This document shows positions 61,277-64,000 of a stretch of 64,000 nucleotides of DNA, one piece after another. Source of the stretch: Klebsormidium nitens (lineage: Eukaryota > Plantae > Klebsormidiophyceae); assembly GCA_000708835.1 (NCBI GenBank), contig DF237067.1:1-64000 (forward strand), read 5' to 3'. The notes under the pieces were generated by a model. That model worked only from the letters and a program-made list of their open reading frames with translations, was not told where the DNA came from and ran no database searches. Position numbers and translations under genes: made by a program. Within the stretch, counting starts at the first letter, position 1. Each line of letters starts with the position of its first letter.

Positions 61277-64000
61277 CTAGTTGACGCCTGGCCGGTGCAC
61301 GGGGATCTTGACGGGCTCGATGCGCCAGATGTCGCGTGCGTAGTCGGCGATGGTGCGGTCGGAGGAGAACTTGCCGGAGCCGGCGGTGGAGAGGATGCTC
61401 ATGCGCGCCCAGCGCTGCTTGTCCTTGAACGCCGCGTCCACGCGGTCCTGCGCGTCCAAGTAGCTCGCGAAGTCGTTGGCCAGCAAATAGTAGTCGCCGC
61501 CGTACTGCCCGTCGATGGCCTCGCAAATGGGCGCGAAGATGTCCGTCCACCCGAACCGGCCCTGCCGCAGCAACCTGCGGACACGCGACGAGGAGCGCGG
61601 CTTACGGGCTGCATGATCAGCTTACAAACTACTGTGTTATGCTGGAACAGAGGAATTAGTCAGCACGTGACTTCCAGGGGTTGTTTGCTTGCTTCGGGGT
61701 CTCGTCAGCACCCTGCACTTTCGTGGCTTAGGCAATCCGACGAAGCTGAGTAAAGAAGCGATGCGCCCCCGGTATGGTATGGCAACGTGCTGAAGCCGCG
61801 CGAGCGCCAGAGGAGGGAGGCGGCGCTCACTCGACGACCTTGTTGAAGCGCGGGTCGGGGCGGTACTCTCGCCGTTGTTCCCGCAGGTGGGGCACCTCGT
61901 GCGCCTCGACGCCGAAGATGAACTGCACACGGCGGAATCAGCCATGACATCAGCTCGAGGTCAGCCCAAGATCAGACCGCCTCGAAGCACGCTGCGAGCA
62001 GCGCACGCAACAACCAACTCTACCAGCATCCCGGATGCTTTGTTGCATCTTGAGACGGAAGTAAGCCGTTTAACGAGGCACAACTAGTACAGCTATCGCG
62101 CGGGGGCGGTCACCATGTTGTCGTGGCCGATCTCCTCCGCGATCTCGACGTTGGCGCCGTCCAGCGTGCCGATGATGAGGCCGCCGTTCATGGCGAACTT
62201 CATGTTGCTCGTCCCGGACGCCTCTGTGCCCGCCGTGCTGCGCACGGCAAGCGGGCAATCCAATCAGGAGAGGGAAAGCAAGGGGGGCTGAAGACGGCGA
62301 CACCAGACTAAACGAACTCGATGAGATGTCTAACGACAGCTTGGCGTCGCGACATTGCCCTGATATCCTGAATGACGACATTTGAAAAAGCAGCAGTACT
62401 GGTCTGTTCTGAGCATCTATTTTGCCGATTTTTATCACTTGGTAGACCCTGTCGCAGAAAACTTGCTGCAATTCCATCATTCTTGGGCTTTTCTTTTAAG
62501 CTTCCCTACATCAGCCGCCTGCTTCAAACCTGGAGTTGCGCCCCGAGCATTTCTCAGCGACTGCCCGTCGTGCCCTGGGCATCTCTGCCCCGTGGGTCGT
62601 CCGTCCGCGGCCTGGCGGCGCGGGCCTCACCTGATGTGCTGCGAGAGGTCGGAGGCGGGGATGATGGTTTCCGCGAGGCTGACGTTGTAGTCGGGCAGGA
62701 AGAAGACCTTGAGCAGGTCGCCCACGTCCGGGTCGCCGTTCACTACGTCCCCGATGGCGCTCACCAGCTTGATGATGCGCTTCGCCATGTCGTACCCGGG
62801 TGCGGCCTTGCCGCCCACGATCACGACACGTGGCACCACGTGCTGCCGCTCCTCGGGCGACATCTTCTTGATGCGCTCGTACCGGTGGATCACACTCAGC
62901 ATATTGAGCAGCTGCCGCTTGTACTCGTGGATGCGCTTCACCTGGAAAACAAGCGGCCGGGGCAGGGGAGGAGGGGTCAGCACACGGTCTAAAAGGCGTG
63001 GCGTTGCAGCGGGACACCAATCCAACTCGCGGGCAATGTTGTGACAATTAGAGAGTATCGCAATCCTCTACTTTTTAGAAGACGCGAGACGGCAATACAC
63101 CTGCTGCCTAACACGAGCGCTAAAGAGGAGTAGTTTGTAACATCATAGAGGCGTGCAAGCAGTCCTTATTTGCCGCACTGATCGCCCCACCTTGACAGCG
63201 CTTAGAAGCGAGCCGCATGTGCCTGCGGCACTGTGGCTGCCGTACCTGGATGTCGAAGAGCGCGTCGGTGCTGACGGTGGCCCCCGTCAGCTTCTTGACG
63301 AGCGCGGCGAGGCGCTTCTTGTTGTCGTGCTTCACGGCCATCCAGCGCTCCTGCAGCCCCGCGTCGTCCGCGTGCTTCTCTAGCTGCTTCAGCTGCGTCA
63401 GGTCCGTGATCCACGCCTCGCTGCCCACCACCTCGCTGATCAGCGCGCGCAGCCCGGGGTTGCAGAAGGCCAGCCACCGCCGCTGCACGCGCAAGGAGAT
63501 GAAAGTCAGGTGATGCCGACTGACAATCTCTTCAAACACGAGGATGTTCGGCAGAATACCGAAGGAACGCTTGCGATCAGGCAGCGGCAGGGCCAGAAGC
63601 GGGATCGAGCATGGGTGAGCCTTGCATCCGGGGCGGGCGAGCTCTGACCAGCTCGGCCCAATCTAGACACGGGATTGCTTAAGGCGCTGCGACAAGCATG
63701 TGCAGGCAGAAAAAATTGGCATTGGGAATTGGGCAGTAGTCGTGCCCACCTGTGTAACTCCATTGGTCTTGTTCTGGAACTTCTCGGGCCAAATACCGTG
63801 GAAGTCCTGCAATCCAGAGGGGGTGAAAAGGCGTTGAGGCGTTGTCTCATTTCAGGGCCGAGGCAAAAATTTCATTGCTTTCCACTTTTGTAAAAATCGT
63901 TGTGGTCTCAATCTGTGCAGCCACTTTCGACGCCAACCGCAGCAAGGGCCCTTCGCCTGACCACAACACTAGACAAAGGCCTTTGGCACTGGAGCAGCCA
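61277..64000 (-). CDS. Alpha-1,4-glucan (glycogen/starch) phosphorylase, 3' part; 5' end lies beyond the window
   Basis: [14 protein letters not shown]|[14 protein letters not shown]|[67 protein letters not shown]. Confidence 0.96.

Noticed and set aside
1-64000. CRISPR arrays, tRNA and rRNA genes
   Set aside because: No regularly spaced repeats or recognisable structural RNA genes seen by eye; tRNAscan-SE and Infernal would be needed to exclude small RNAs.

Overview
Eukaryotic, intron-rich, compact genomic window. The gene set (class II-type KNOX, LUX-like GARP, ZTP29, CUE protein) and GC-rich exons point to a streptophyte green alga, Klebsormidium-like (inference). Bases 1-5900 hold a decayed Ty3/Gypsy retrotransposon with a nested TG..CA insertion spanning an assembly gap. 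I reconstructed 14 spliced genes by hand: a CUE-domain protein, a ZIP/ZTP29 transporter, a GaaA-like D-galacturonate reductase, a LUX/PCL1-like GARP factor, PTPA, a small twin-CX9C protein, a complete KNOX homeobox gene, a PH-domain orphan, a PTC7-type PP2C, a His/Pro-rich putative nuclear protein, TAP46, a bacterial-type SAM methyltransferase, a fungal CtvD/AurD-like membrane protein and a partial alpha-glucan phosphorylase. Two leads stand out. (1) A head-to-head pair of a bacterial-type methyltransferase and a fungal-type epoxide-hydrolase-like membrane protein could be a small, horizontally acquired metabolic module. (2) The twin-CX9C gene ends 167 nt before the PTPA start codon, a candidate bicistronic locus. 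No rRNA, tRNA or CRISPR was seen. All family assignments come from motif recognition by eye, not database searches.
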